Origin: Phycisphaerae bacterium
GTDB taxonomy: Bacteria; Planctomycetota; Phycisphaerae; UBA1845; JAFGLZ01
Length of the DNA: 64,000 nt
Direction of reading: 5' to 3'
Assembly: GCA_016927755.1 (NCBI GenBank)
Contig: JAFGLZ010000028.1
Coordinates: 464-64,463 of the forward strand
The notes below the pieces were generated by a model that saw only the letters and a program-made list of their open reading frames with translations, did no database searches and had not been told where the DNA came from. Made by a program: the position numbers and the translations under genes. Below are positions 16,901 through 25,269 of this stretch, in pieces (position 1 is the first letter of the stretch; each line of letters opens with the position of its first letter).

Positions 16901-18925
16901 CTACCAGCCCCGCTCAACGGCCTGCCCGATCGCGTTGGCGGGGCGGTCGATCTCGAGCTTGGCGCCGAGGGTCGATGCGAGGTCCGGCAGGTCGTAGACT
17001 TCGAGCGCCCCGTGGACGACGTTCGGCCACTGATCCTTCGTCGGCCAGGTGTGAACCGCGTTGGACCAGGACACGAGGGGCCGGCTCAGCTTGATCGATT
17101 TGAAGAGCCCGCACTCCACGGCGGCCGCGTGGAGTGCGGGCACGCACACTTGCCCGACCGCCACCAGGTCCACGCCGCCGGCCGCCTTCGCGTTGCTCAG
17201 CCCCTGGGCGTATCGCGCGGACGTGAGGATGTCTTCCGCCTGCATGCCCATCAGCGAGCGCCCGAGCAGGTAGGGGGTGTTCATGTGACGCCAGTTCTTC
17301 AGGGCGGTCTCACCGACGCCGCGGACGTCCACCGCCAGGACCTTCTGTCCGGCCCTGACGAGCGCTTCGATCGCGCCGCCTGGCCTGGCGGCGTCGGCCT
17401 TGCCGCTCTCATGAAGGTAGAGCGTGACGCCGGCATCCTTCTCTCCGTTTGGGGCGAAGAGGAGCGCGGGGAGGTAGAGCCCGGGTTCCGGCTTCAGGAC
17501 GAGCTTCTCGATCGTGCACGCGTCGCGCTGGATCTTGCCGACCTTGTCCACTTGTGGCTGGGGCAGCTCGGACAGTTTTCTGATGCCGGCGATCCGTCGG
17601 ACCTGCTCGAGCAACTCGGCCCGCTTACCCGTCGACCATCGCTGCTTCCGTTTGGCGGCGAGTTGTGTTTCGTAGTCCGCGTTCAGCTCGTAGAGCGTCT
17701 TGGCGCCGTCGAGCTGCATGACCCGCCCGTTGGGCGCGGCCCAGATCTCCTGCTCGCCGAGCACCTTGATGTCCGGCTCGGTGATCGGCTCGTCCTTGCC
17801 GAGCAGCCACCGCATCATCCATCGCACGGAGGCCTCGCGCTGCGGCTGGTGGAAGCCGTGCTTGTCGTCGACCTCGATGATGTCGACGCGTTCGGCCAGA
17901 CCCATCCTCGAGTACAGCCGCTTGGCGTAGCGGAGGGTGACCCACGTCCCGCCGATGTCGAAGAAGTCCTGCGTCGCCGCGAGGATGATCGTCGGCTTCG
18001 GCGCCCGCATCAGGATGTAGTCGGCCTGGTCCATGCCGAAGGCGAGCTGGGCGCGGATGTTCTGCTCGGCGTCCTGCGGGCCGATCGTGCGGATGAGGGT
18101 CGGCAGGTTGGTCAGGTAGCAGCTCGGGGCGGAGGCGATGATCCGATCGTCCAGCGCCATCAGATACGACGTGAGCGTTCCCCCGCCGCTGTTGCCCGTA
18201 CAGCCGATTCGCTTGGGGTCGACCTCCGGTCGCGACTGGAGGTAGTCGAGGGCCCGCATGCCGTCCCAGATGCGAAAGCGGGCCGTATTTCGTCCGAGGA
18301 GGATGCAGCCGATGCCGAGCATGTCGTGTCCGGCCACGCTGACGAGCTTGGGCTTGCCCTTGTCGTCGAAGAGCTGGACGCGCTCTCCCTGGTCGATGGG
18401 GTCGTAGATCAGGGCGGCGAATCCGTTGAGGGCGAGCAGCGCGCTGATCCGCTGATACGAGTCATAGGCCTTGCCGTTGTGGCTGTGACCGCAGGGCACG
18501 AGGACGCCGGGGTAGGGGGGCTTGTGCCGGGGCGAGTCGGGCAGGAAGAGGCAGGCGGTCACGAAGATACCGGGCTGGCTCTCGAAGACGATCTTCTCGA
18601 CGCGAAAGCCGTCTCGTTGCACCTTACCCGTTACGCGTGGGTTCAGAGGCGTCCGCTCGGGCAGGCCCCCGATGGCCTCGATGAATCGCTGCTTGCGCTG
18701 CTTCTGGTAGTCCGCGATCTGCTCGGGTGTCTTGAGCTTCTCGTACTCGGCCTGCCATCGCTTCCAGGCCTCGTCGACCTGCTGTTGGAAGTAGACCTTG
18801 AGCAGCTCGCCGCGAGCGACGCCGTCGATCTTGTCGGGCAGTACGTTCAAGTTCTCTTCTCCAGCGGCCGGGGAGCCGATGACGATGCTCAGCAGAACGC
18901 AGGTGGTGATGATTCGGTTGCGCAT
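16901..18925 (-). CDS. Secreted alpha/beta-hydrolase (acetyl-xylan-esterase/peptidase S9-like), two-domain
   Basis: Signal peptide present. Nucleophile elbow GCTGNSGGG, and a second alpha/beta-like half (LYLHESGKAD...VDVRGVGET). Confidence 0.7.
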   Translation of the reverse strand: MRNRIITTCVLLSIVIGSPAAGEENLNVLPDKIDGVARGELLKVYFQQQVDEAWKRWQAEYEKLKTPEQIADYQKQRKQRFIEAIGGLPERTPLNPRVTGKVQRDGFRVEKIVFESQPGIFVTACLFLPDSPRHKPPYPGVLVPCGHSHNGKAYDSYQRISALLALNGFAALIYDPIDQGERVQLFDDKGKPKLVSVAGHDMLGIGCILLGRNTARFRIWDGMRALDYLQSRPEVDPKRIGCTGNSGGGTLTSYLMALDDRIIASAPSCYLTNLPTLIRTIGPQDAEQNIRAQLAFGMDQADYILMRAPKPTIILAATQDFFDIGGTWVTLRYAKRLYSRMGLAERVDIIEVDDKHGFHQPQREASVRWMMRWLLGKDEPITEPDIKVLGEQEIWAAPNGRVMQLDGAKTLYELNADYETQLAAKRKQRWSTGKRAELLEQVRRIAGIRKLSELPQPQVDKVGKIQRDACTIEKLVLKPEPGLYLPALLFAPNGEKDAGVTLYLHESGKADAARPGGAIEALVRAGQKVLAVDVRGVGETALKNWRHMNTPYLLGRSLMGMQAEDILTSARYAQGLSNAKAAGGVDLVAVGQVCVPALHAAAVECGLFKSIKLSRPLVSWSNAVHTWPTKDQWPNVVHGALEVYDLPDLASTLGAKLEIDRPANAIGQAVERGW

Positions 18926-18982
18926 TGTTGTCCTCTCGCGTGGGGTCCGTCGGGCGGGCCGTTGTGCGGCCGGCCGTCCGGG

Positions 18983-19942
18983 TTACTTCGGAGAAACGAA
19001 CACGTAGATTCCGCCCGACGTGCCGGTCGAGCTGCTCGTATACAACAGGTATCGGTCGCCCGCGTCAACGACCACGGGCGAGGGGTGCGGCGCGATCGGG
19101 TTCCCCTCGTACCGCGTCCAGGTCAGCAGGTCCCTCGACGTGGCCAGCCCCGACTGCCACCGCTTCCCGCACGCATGATAGAACAGGTGGTACACGTCGC
19201 CGACCTTGACGATGCTGTCCGGCGCGGTGACCTGGTCCTCCCAGCCCTTGCCCTCGGTCAGGACGGGGTTCCGCTCGCTCCGCGTCCAGTGCACGCCGTC
19301 CTTTGACGTGGCCAGGGCGACGTCGCCCGGCGGCCCGCCTTCGTACAGGAGGAACCACTTCGGCCCTTCCTTCCAGACGAGGGGCGTGCCGACCCATCCG
19401 CCCTCCCACTTGCTGCCGTCGAGCTTTTCGAGGACGTTGCCGCGCTGGGTCCAGCGGACGCGATCCTTGCTCGTCAGCAGGTGCAGGACGGTCTTGTTCT
19501 CGCTCTCGTCCTCGGCGTACATGAAGTACGTATCGCCGTCCTTGACGACGCAGATGTCCTCGACCCATCGGTCGGCGAAGATGGGGTTGCCCGGGTGCTT
19601 CGTCCAGTGGAGGCCGTCCTTGCTCGTCGCGTGGCCGAGCTTGGCGAGCTTGGGGCGGCTCTTGTCGTAAGGACCCCTCCACCCCGCGTACCAGCCGTGG
19701 TAGGTGTCGCCCTCGCGGAGGACCCACATCCGCTCGCGGATGTTCTCGTCCCAACTGCCGGCCGCGCCCGAGGTGAGCACGGGATTCTCGCGGCAGGGCG
19801 TCCACGACCGTAACGGATCACCCCCAGCCTTCCGCTCCCGCCCGCCGGCCACAACCCCCGCCGATTCCTCGGCAAGGATCTGCCCGATCGCGGCCGTGAG
19901 CATCACGACGCCCACCGCGATGCGGCAACGTCCATCAATCAT
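18983..19942 (-). CDS. Five-bladed beta-propeller glycoside hydrolase-like protein (GH43/GH130/GH32-type fold)
   Basis: Repeated blade signatures: ATSKDGLHWTKHPGNPIF, LTSKDRVRWTQ, ATSKDGVHWTRSERNPVL and ATSRDLLTWTRYEGNPI. I prefer the start MIDGRCRIAV at 19942. Confidence 0.7.
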   Translation of the reverse strand: MIDGRCRIAVGVVMLTAAIGQILAEESAGVVAGGRERKAGGDPLRSWTPCRENPVLTSGAAGSWDENIRERMWVLREGDTYHGWYAGWRGPYDKSRPKLAKLGHATSKDGLHWTKHPGNPIFADRWVEDICVVKDGDTYFMYAEDESENKTVLHLLTSKDRVRWTQRGNVLEKLDGSKWEGGWVGTPLVWKEGPKWFLLYEGGPPGDVALATSKDGVHWTRSERNPVLTEGKGWEDQVTAPDSIVKVGDVYHLFYHACGKRWQSGLATSRDLLTWTRYEGNPIAPHPSPVVVDAGDRYLLYTSSSTGTSGGIYVFVSPK

Positions 19943-19997
19943 CCTTCGTCCCTCGCCGTCTCCAAGCAACTCTCTCTCCATCCTCGCTAGCCTGTAG

Positions 19998-20045
19998 CAC
20001 GGGCATCTTGCCCGTGGGCCGGGTGGCCCATCGCTTCGGCGGTGG
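19998..20045. repeat. REP-like hairpin pair
   Basis: CACGGGCA-TCT-TGCCCGTG at 19998-20016, and CCATCGC-TTCG-GCGGTGG at 20028-20045. Confidence 0.7.
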
Positions 20046-20136
20046 GGAACACGAATTCGGCAGGGAGCTCGTGCCCCCCACCTCTGAAGCTGGGTTGCCC
20101 TGCAAACCAGCTTCATCACGCGCTCCTCTGCCCAGC

Positions 20137-20955
20137 TCAGCCCCGATACTCCCCAATGTGCGCCAGTCGTTCGTCGTCGAAATCAGCCAAGCTCGAGATC
20201 AGCCGACAGCGGCGGCACACAAACTCGAAGCTGTCGATGCCGTATTTGGCAGTCGGCCTGCGATGCCATCTCCCGTTGCAGCCCGGGCACGTTCGCCGCG
20301 CTTCGCGTTTGGCATCACGTCGCCCCCAGTGTCTGAACAGATGGTAGTACGTCGGCAGACCCGTGCGTTCCTCGATCGTTCGGCAGGCCGCACGTCCCCA
20401 GCTCGAGAGTTCGCTATTCGGGTCCGCCAGTAGCTTGTAGGTCTGCGTCTCCAAACGTCGATCCTCTGCGCAGGTCCACATCTTGTCGTGAAGCCGATAG
20501 AAGCCTGCCCAGCCATTGACGTCCTGGATCTCACTGTCGCTCAGGGGGAGCAAGTAGGCGGGAATGGGCTGGCCGGTCGTGCCGGCGAGGATCGGGGGGC
20601 CGGGATCGAACCAGTCGGTGCTGACGTAGAGGGATCGTGCCCTGCGCCAGTCCGTGGTCCGCTTCTCGGAACGATCACCCATGACCTGCCACCTTGGATG
20701 AGACTGGCACGCTTGGCACAGGTCATCCCACGCTTGGCGCCCCGCCTTCGAATGGTGCTTGGCGAGGAGGGACGTCGACGTTGGCAGGTACGTCGTTACG
20801 CGCAAGGCCGCTCCGGTCCACCCGACAACCCCCTCACCACAGATCTGGCCATGGTACGTTAGCGCTCCCAGGTAGAGGTCCGTCTTCTCCTTCAGGGACG
20901 ACGCGGCCGCCTTCGTCTTCGACGCCGGGATCATGCTTAGTTCGCCAATGAACAT
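20137..20955 (-). CDS. Zn-ribbon-containing protein, DUF2310-like
   Basis: C-terminal pattern TGLPTYYHLF...CPGCNGRW...FEFVCRRCRLIS. Start MFIGELSM at 20955. Confidence 0.55.
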   Translation of the reverse strand: MFIGELSMIPASKTKAAASSLKEKTDLYLGALTYHGQICGEGVVGWTGAALRVTTYLPTSTSLLAKHHSKAGRQAWDDLCQACQSHPRWQVMGDRSEKRTTDWRRARSLYVSTDWFDPGPPILAGTTGQPIPAYLLPLSDSEIQDVNGWAGFYRLHDKMWTCAEDRRLETQTYKLLADPNSELSSWGRAACRTIEERTGLPTYYHLFRHWGRRDAKREARRTCPGCNGRWHRRPTAKYGIDSFEFVCRRCRLISSLADFDDERLAHIGEYRG

Positions 20956-21025
20956 CGTCAGGCCCTCCAGCACTCCGCGATGGACCTTGTCCGAGCCGGC
21001 GGTTCGCCGACGCGCAACGTCGCGC

Positions 21026-22063
21026 TCACCACGCCAACTCACCGCGATACTGAACCGTCCGATCCCCCGCCACAATCTCGCCGATGCGCTCAGAGCCGTA
21101 ACCCCTCGCGCTCAAGTGCTCTCGTATGCCATCGACGCCGCCCGGGTCCGCCACGAGAGCGATCCCGACGCCCATGTTGAACGTGCGGAGCATATCGGCG
21201 TCGGGCACGTTGCCGGCCCGGCGAATGCTCGCGAAGATCGGCAGCGGACGGATCGCGCCCAGATCGATCGACGCCCCCAGCCCCTCCGGCAGTACCCGGT
21301 TGAGATTCCCCGCGATGCCCCCACCCGTGATATGCGCCAGACCGTGCAGCTCCTCCCGCCCGAACAGATCCCTCAGCCCCTGGTAGTAGCACCGGTGCGG
21401 CTCGAGCACCGCATCCAGAAACGTCCGATCACCAACCGGCTGTTGTGCCAGGGCGCTGTCGCTATCTAGCAGGTGCCTGACCAGAGAGTACCCGTTCGTG
21501 TGCAGTCCGTTGGACGCCAGGCCGAGAACGACGTCGCCCTTCCTGATCCGCGAGCCGTCGATGATCCGCGACCGATCGACCACCCCGACCACGCTCGCAC
21601 AGAGCACGAACCGGTCCTCGGGAACCACCCCCGGCTGCTCGGACGTCTCCCCCCCGACAAGCGTGCAGCCCTGATCGCGACAGGCCTCTGCCATCGCCCC
21701 GACCAGCTCGATAATCGTGGGCCTGTCCAGCTTCCCGCAGATGATCGTATCGAGAACCGCCAGCGGCGCCGCGCCCATGACGATGATGTCGTCGATGAGA
21801 TGGTTGACCAGGTCGTACGCGATCCCGCGAATCCGCCCGTGCCTCACCGCCAGCAACTGTTTCGAGCCGGGCTCCTCGGCCTTGAGCACCAGCACGGGCC
21901 GCTCGATCCCCGGAAACGACGCCTCAAACAGCGAGGCGAACGCCCCGAGCCGGTTCAGCACGCGCGGATCGGTCGCCTCGAGATGACCAGCCATCTCCCG
22001 CTTCGTCGCGTCAGCGGCATCAATATCGACACCAGCCCGTCTGTACGTCGCACCATCCCGCAT
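21026..22063 (-). CDS. purM: Phosphoribosylformylglycinamidine cyclo-ligase (AIR synthetase)
   Basis: YRRAGVDIDAADA..., DLVNHLIDDIIVMGAAPL, GCTLVGGETSEQPG and ITGGGIAGNLNRVLP are classic PurM motifs. Confidence 0.92.
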   Translation of the reverse strand: MRDGATYRRAGVDIDAADATKREMAGHLEATDPRVLNRLGAFASLFEASFPGIERPVLVLKAEEPGSKQLLAVRHGRIRGIAYDLVNHLIDDIIVMGAAPLAVLDTIICGKLDRPTIIELVGAMAEACRDQGCTLVGGETSEQPGVVPEDRFVLCASVVGVVDRSRIIDGSRIRKGDVVLGLASNGLHTNGYSLVRHLLDSDSALAQQPVGDRTFLDAVLEPHRCYYQGLRDLFGREELHGLAHITGGGIAGNLNRVLPEGLGASIDLGAIRPLPIFASIRRAGNVPDADMLRTFNMGVGIALVADPGGVDGIREHLSARGYGSERIGEIVAGDRTVQYRGELAW

Positions 22064-22133
22064 ACCGCGTCACCTCGCCCTTCGCCCTCTGTACTTGTCC
22101 TTCGTCCTTTGTACTTCGTCCTTTCTGTCGTGG

Positions 22134-23246
22134 CTACGTCGCCAGACCGCAGGTCTTGTCGACGAGTGCCGTGATGGCCTCGACCTTCTCGATCTGACCC
22201 ACCTGGCTGATCTCGTCGCTGATGCCGAGGATGAGCTTCGGCGCGAACATGTCGATGGCGCGCTTGGCGAACTCGACGACGGTTTCGGTGGTGTACTGAT
22301 CGAGGAAGTGGATGGCCGGTAGCAGGTCGAGCACGACCATTTGGTCCTTGACGGCCGCCTTGATCTCCTCCAGCGTCATATCGCCCATCGGCCTGGGCGT
22401 CAGCGCCTCGACCCCGTGCAGATTCGTATCCAGCAGGTAAGGCAGCATGAGGTTGCTGTGCCCGTCCCAGTGCGTGTGAACGAATCGGCCGTTCTCGGTC
22501 ATCCGCCGCGCGATCCGCTGCCACCGCGGCATCAGGTACTTCGTTAGGATCGGCGGGGGGGTGAACTCGTTCGTCGCGTGGTCGCCCAGGTTGAAGATCC
22601 GGCAGGGCAGCTCCAAGGCCGCGTCGATCATCCGGTCGTCGCGGCGGTCGCAGGCCTCGAGGTAGATCTCCAACTCCTTCGGGTGGTCGTACATCAGATA
22701 CGTCGTGTCGATGAGGCCGCAGTACACCTTGATGAGCTCGGTGTATCCGCTGGACGTCAGGAAGATCGTGGGCTCGCCGCGGTGCCCGACCTGCTCGGCC
22801 TTGGACGCGAAGAGCTCATGGTTCGCGCGGAACTGCTGGCGCTCGACCAAGTCCGTCACGACGCGCAGGCCCTCGACGGTCTTGACCGGGAACTCGCGGA
22901 TCCGCTGATTCGCCAGCCGGTCGCCCTCCCACACCTCGTCGAGGACGGTGGTGATCTCGCCGCTGGGCGTGCGGAGGGTCTGGATGAGCTTGCCGCCCTC
23001 CCGGCGCTCGCTCCGCTCGACGTCGGCCGGGTCCTCGTACGACTCGATGCCGTAGCAGGCCGCATAGCGCACCGAGCAGCCCAGCGCGTCGTAGATCTCC
23101 AGGTCGGTCTTGTCGCGGAACCGGGCGGGGAACGTGCCCTCGCGCCGATGATGCTCGAGCCACGTCTCGAGCCGGGGCTGCCAGAGGATCTTGTCCGTGG
23201 CACCCTCGAAGATGGCCAAGTTGAGCTCGCGTCGGGTCATCGTCAT
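22134..23246 (-). CDS. Uroporphyrinogen-decarboxylase (URO-D/MtaA)-family protein, paralogue 1
   Basis: Length and C-terminal half (HWDGHSNLMLPYLLDTNLHGVEALTP..., LILGISDEI) fit the URO-D-like TIM-barrel family. Start MTMTRREL at 23246. Confidence 0.6.
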   Translation of the reverse strand: MTMTRRELNLAIFEGATDKILWQPRLETWLEHHRREGTFPARFRDKTDLEIYDALGCSVRYAACYGIESYEDPADVERSERREGGKLIQTLRTPSGEITTVLDEVWEGDRLANQRIREFPVKTVEGLRVVTDLVERQQFRANHELFASKAEQVGHRGEPTIFLTSSGYTELIKVYCGLIDTTYLMYDHPKELEIYLEACDRRDDRMIDAALELPCRIFNLGDHATNEFTPPPILTKYLMPRWQRIARRMTENGRFVHTHWDGHSNLMLPYLLDTNLHGVEALTPRPMGDMTLEEIKAAVKDQMVVLDLLPAIHFLDQYTTETVVEFAKRAIDMFAPKLILGISDEISQVGQIEKVEAITALVDKTCGLAT

Positions 23247-23332
23247 GCGCGGTTCTCCGGTGGTCGGTAGATGGACGCCAAGAGGATACCCGCCGGGCCC
23301 GCGCTTGACCATGCGTCTGATACGGGGGGACA

Positions 23333-24331
23333 ATGGCTTGCGTCATGTCGAGCCGACCCGGAAAGATCCCTCTGCGTTTGTGCATGCTGTTGGCGGTGAT
23401 GTGGGTCCTTCCGGGCACGTCCATCCTGGCGGCCGAGCTGCTGGACAACCTGACGATCAACCCGCCGATTCACGATATGCTCTTCGTCGTGGTCTTCTTG
23501 GGTACCGCGCAACTACTGGGCGTGAGCTTCCTGGTATGGCGGAGGTTCGTTACGTGGACGCTCGGGCGGTACCTGAGCACGGGCGCCGTGACGGTGGCGG
23601 TCCTTGCCCACGTACTGGTCTGGCAGCCGATATGGCAGGCGGGCTGCGTGGAGGAGGACTTCCTGCGCCTGGGCCAATCGTGCGCGCTCGGGGGCGTATG
23701 GGTCGTGGTGGCCGCCTACCTGTGGTGGGGGATCGCCGAGGGCGTCGGATACTTGAGGAGAAGAGTGATGCCGCCGTACGCCGTCCGCTTGATCTACGGC
23801 TTCGCCCTGGTGCCGTTCATCCCGGGGCTCTGGGTCATCCTCGCCATGCTGGCGGTCAAGGCGCTACCGGGCGGCGCGGCGCCCTTATCGCTGAACAGGG
23901 ACAATCTGGCGATCATGCTTGCCAACTTCGTCTGCGGCCTGCTTGTCGTGATATGGTGGTCGACGGTGTGGCGACGCGCGGTTCACTGGACGCGCGGGCT
24001 GGCGAGGCGGTCCGCCGCGCTGGCGGCGGCCTACCTGGTCATCGTCACGCTGGTTCCGATCAGGGGCTTCAACTCGGACTGGGTCGATTCCTTGCCGATC
24101 ACCGGCCCGCTCATCCTGACGGGGCTGTGGTTCGTCATCACGACGAGGATGTGGCGTCCCCACACCGCCGAGGGCCTGCGGATCACGGGCGACGTCAAGT
24201 CGCGGCTGGTCTGCGTCACGTGCGGCTACAGCCTCATCGGCCTGCGAGAGGCCCGATGTCCGGAGTGCGGCGAGCAGAGCACGCTGGACGAGCTGTTCGA
24301 GAAGGTCTTCGCCGCCCAGGCGGGGGAGTGA
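23333..24331 (+). CDS. Polytopic membrane protein with a C-terminal zinc ribbon
   Basis: About 8 hydrophobic helices, and the tail CVTCGYSLIGLREARCPECG. Confidence 0.6.
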   Translation: MACVMSSRPGKIPLRLCMLLAVMWVLPGTSILAAELLDNLTINPPIHDMLFVVVFLGTAQLLGVSFLVWRRFVTWTLGRYLSTGAVTVAVLAHVLVWQPIWQAGCVEEDFLRLGQSCALGGVWVVVAAYLWWGIAEGVGYLRRRVMPPYAVRLIYGFALVPFIPGLWVILAMLAVKALPGGAAPLSLNRDNLAIMLANFVCGLLVVIWWSTVWRRAVHWTRGLARRSAALAAAYLVIVTLVPIRGFNSDWVDSLPITGPLILTGLWFVITTRMWRPHTAEGLRITGDVKSRLVCVTCGYSLIGLREARCPECGEQSTLDELFEKVFAAQAGE

Positions 24332-24366
24332 CGAGGCGGCGCGCTTTCACTCTTGGGCTACGTCAG

Positions 24367-24831
24367 TCAGTCTCGCTCCGTCCGCCAATTGACGATGTCA
24401 TCCTCCGTCCCGTCCCTTCCGTCAGGCCCAGCCGACCAGAGATCGTACGCGTCGCGGTTGAACTTGCCCGGGAACCGGTAGCCGTAGGGGGTGCCCCATG
24501 GGTCGAGGAGCATGGTTCCCTTCTCGAGGTAGGGCCCGGCCCATTTCTCGGCTAGCTCCGGTTCCCTGGGCGCCACGAGCAGGGCCCTCAGCTCACGGGG
24601 GTAGTCGCCCATGTGTGTCCGGTACAAACTCAATGCGGTGGCGAATGGGCCGGTGGGGCCGACCGCATTCCACCTCATGTCGATGCCTGGGCCACTCCCC
24701 ATGCGAAGCAATGTCCGTCCGGCGGTGAGCAACACGCAGACGCCGATCAGCACGGCGATCACGCCGACGATCAGGCTCCGGACGGATCCCCGGAGCGCGA
24801 GCAGCCATCGCGGCGCCTCGGCCTCGGTCAT
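24367..24831 (-). CDS. GspG-like (type II secretion pseudopilin C-domain) protein
   Basis: LDPWGTPYGYRFPGKFNRDAYDLWSAGPDGRDGTEDDIVNW matches the GspG C-domain. It has a single N-terminal TM helix but no canonical G-FTLxE prepilin motif. Confidence 0.65.
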   Translation of the reverse strand: MTEAEAPRWLLALRGSVRSLIVGVIAVLIGVCVLLTAGRTLLRMGSGPGIDMRWNAVGPTGPFATALSLYRTHMGDYPRELRALLVAPREPELAEKWAGPYLEKGTMLLDPWGTPYGYRFPGKFNRDAYDLWSAGPDGRDGTEDDIVNWRTERD

Positions 24832-25061
24832 GACGCACACCTCCCGCGGCGGGTTGCGGCCATGCCGCGCCCCGCGTCTCTTCGCGCTCGATCCTGTCAC
24901 GGTGGTCCTGACAAGTTGAACCCCCAACTCGCGGTCAGGTTGCAGACCTCCCGGCGACTGCGCGCAAACCAGGCCGGGCGAGACAGAGCCGCCACCAAGA
25001 GGAAACGCTTGGCCTCGGAATCGAAACAGGGGATTGGGTCCGGGCCTCGCGCGATGGTACG

Positions 25062-25240
25062 CCTAGTCCCGTTTTCAGTGAGTGAGTTTCGCATCGCATT
25101 CGGGGTCGGCGTCAGATGGGCCCTCTGACATGGAACGAAACACGGGTCCGCGGAACACCGCGATGATTCGCAGCGGTGCATCCCGCTGACCCGTGGCTTG
25201 TTCGGTCGGAATGGTCTCCCTGTGCGGACCCATGCCACCC
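25062..25240. repeat. Copy B of the structured non-coding repeat (see 4480..4668)
   Basis: Same ordered blocks as copy A. It lacks the GGCCTGGGTCC insert of copy A; its 3' GCGGACCCATG can instead pair with the internal CACGGGTCCGC (25141-25151). Confidence 0.7.
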
Positions 25241-25269
25241 GCCATGAAAGTGTCTAGCCGAAAACGGCG

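Noticed and set aside
17012-19306. 764-aa + strand ORF
   Set aside because: It is antisense to the esterase and the beta-propeller GH, both of which have clear motifs and signal peptides.
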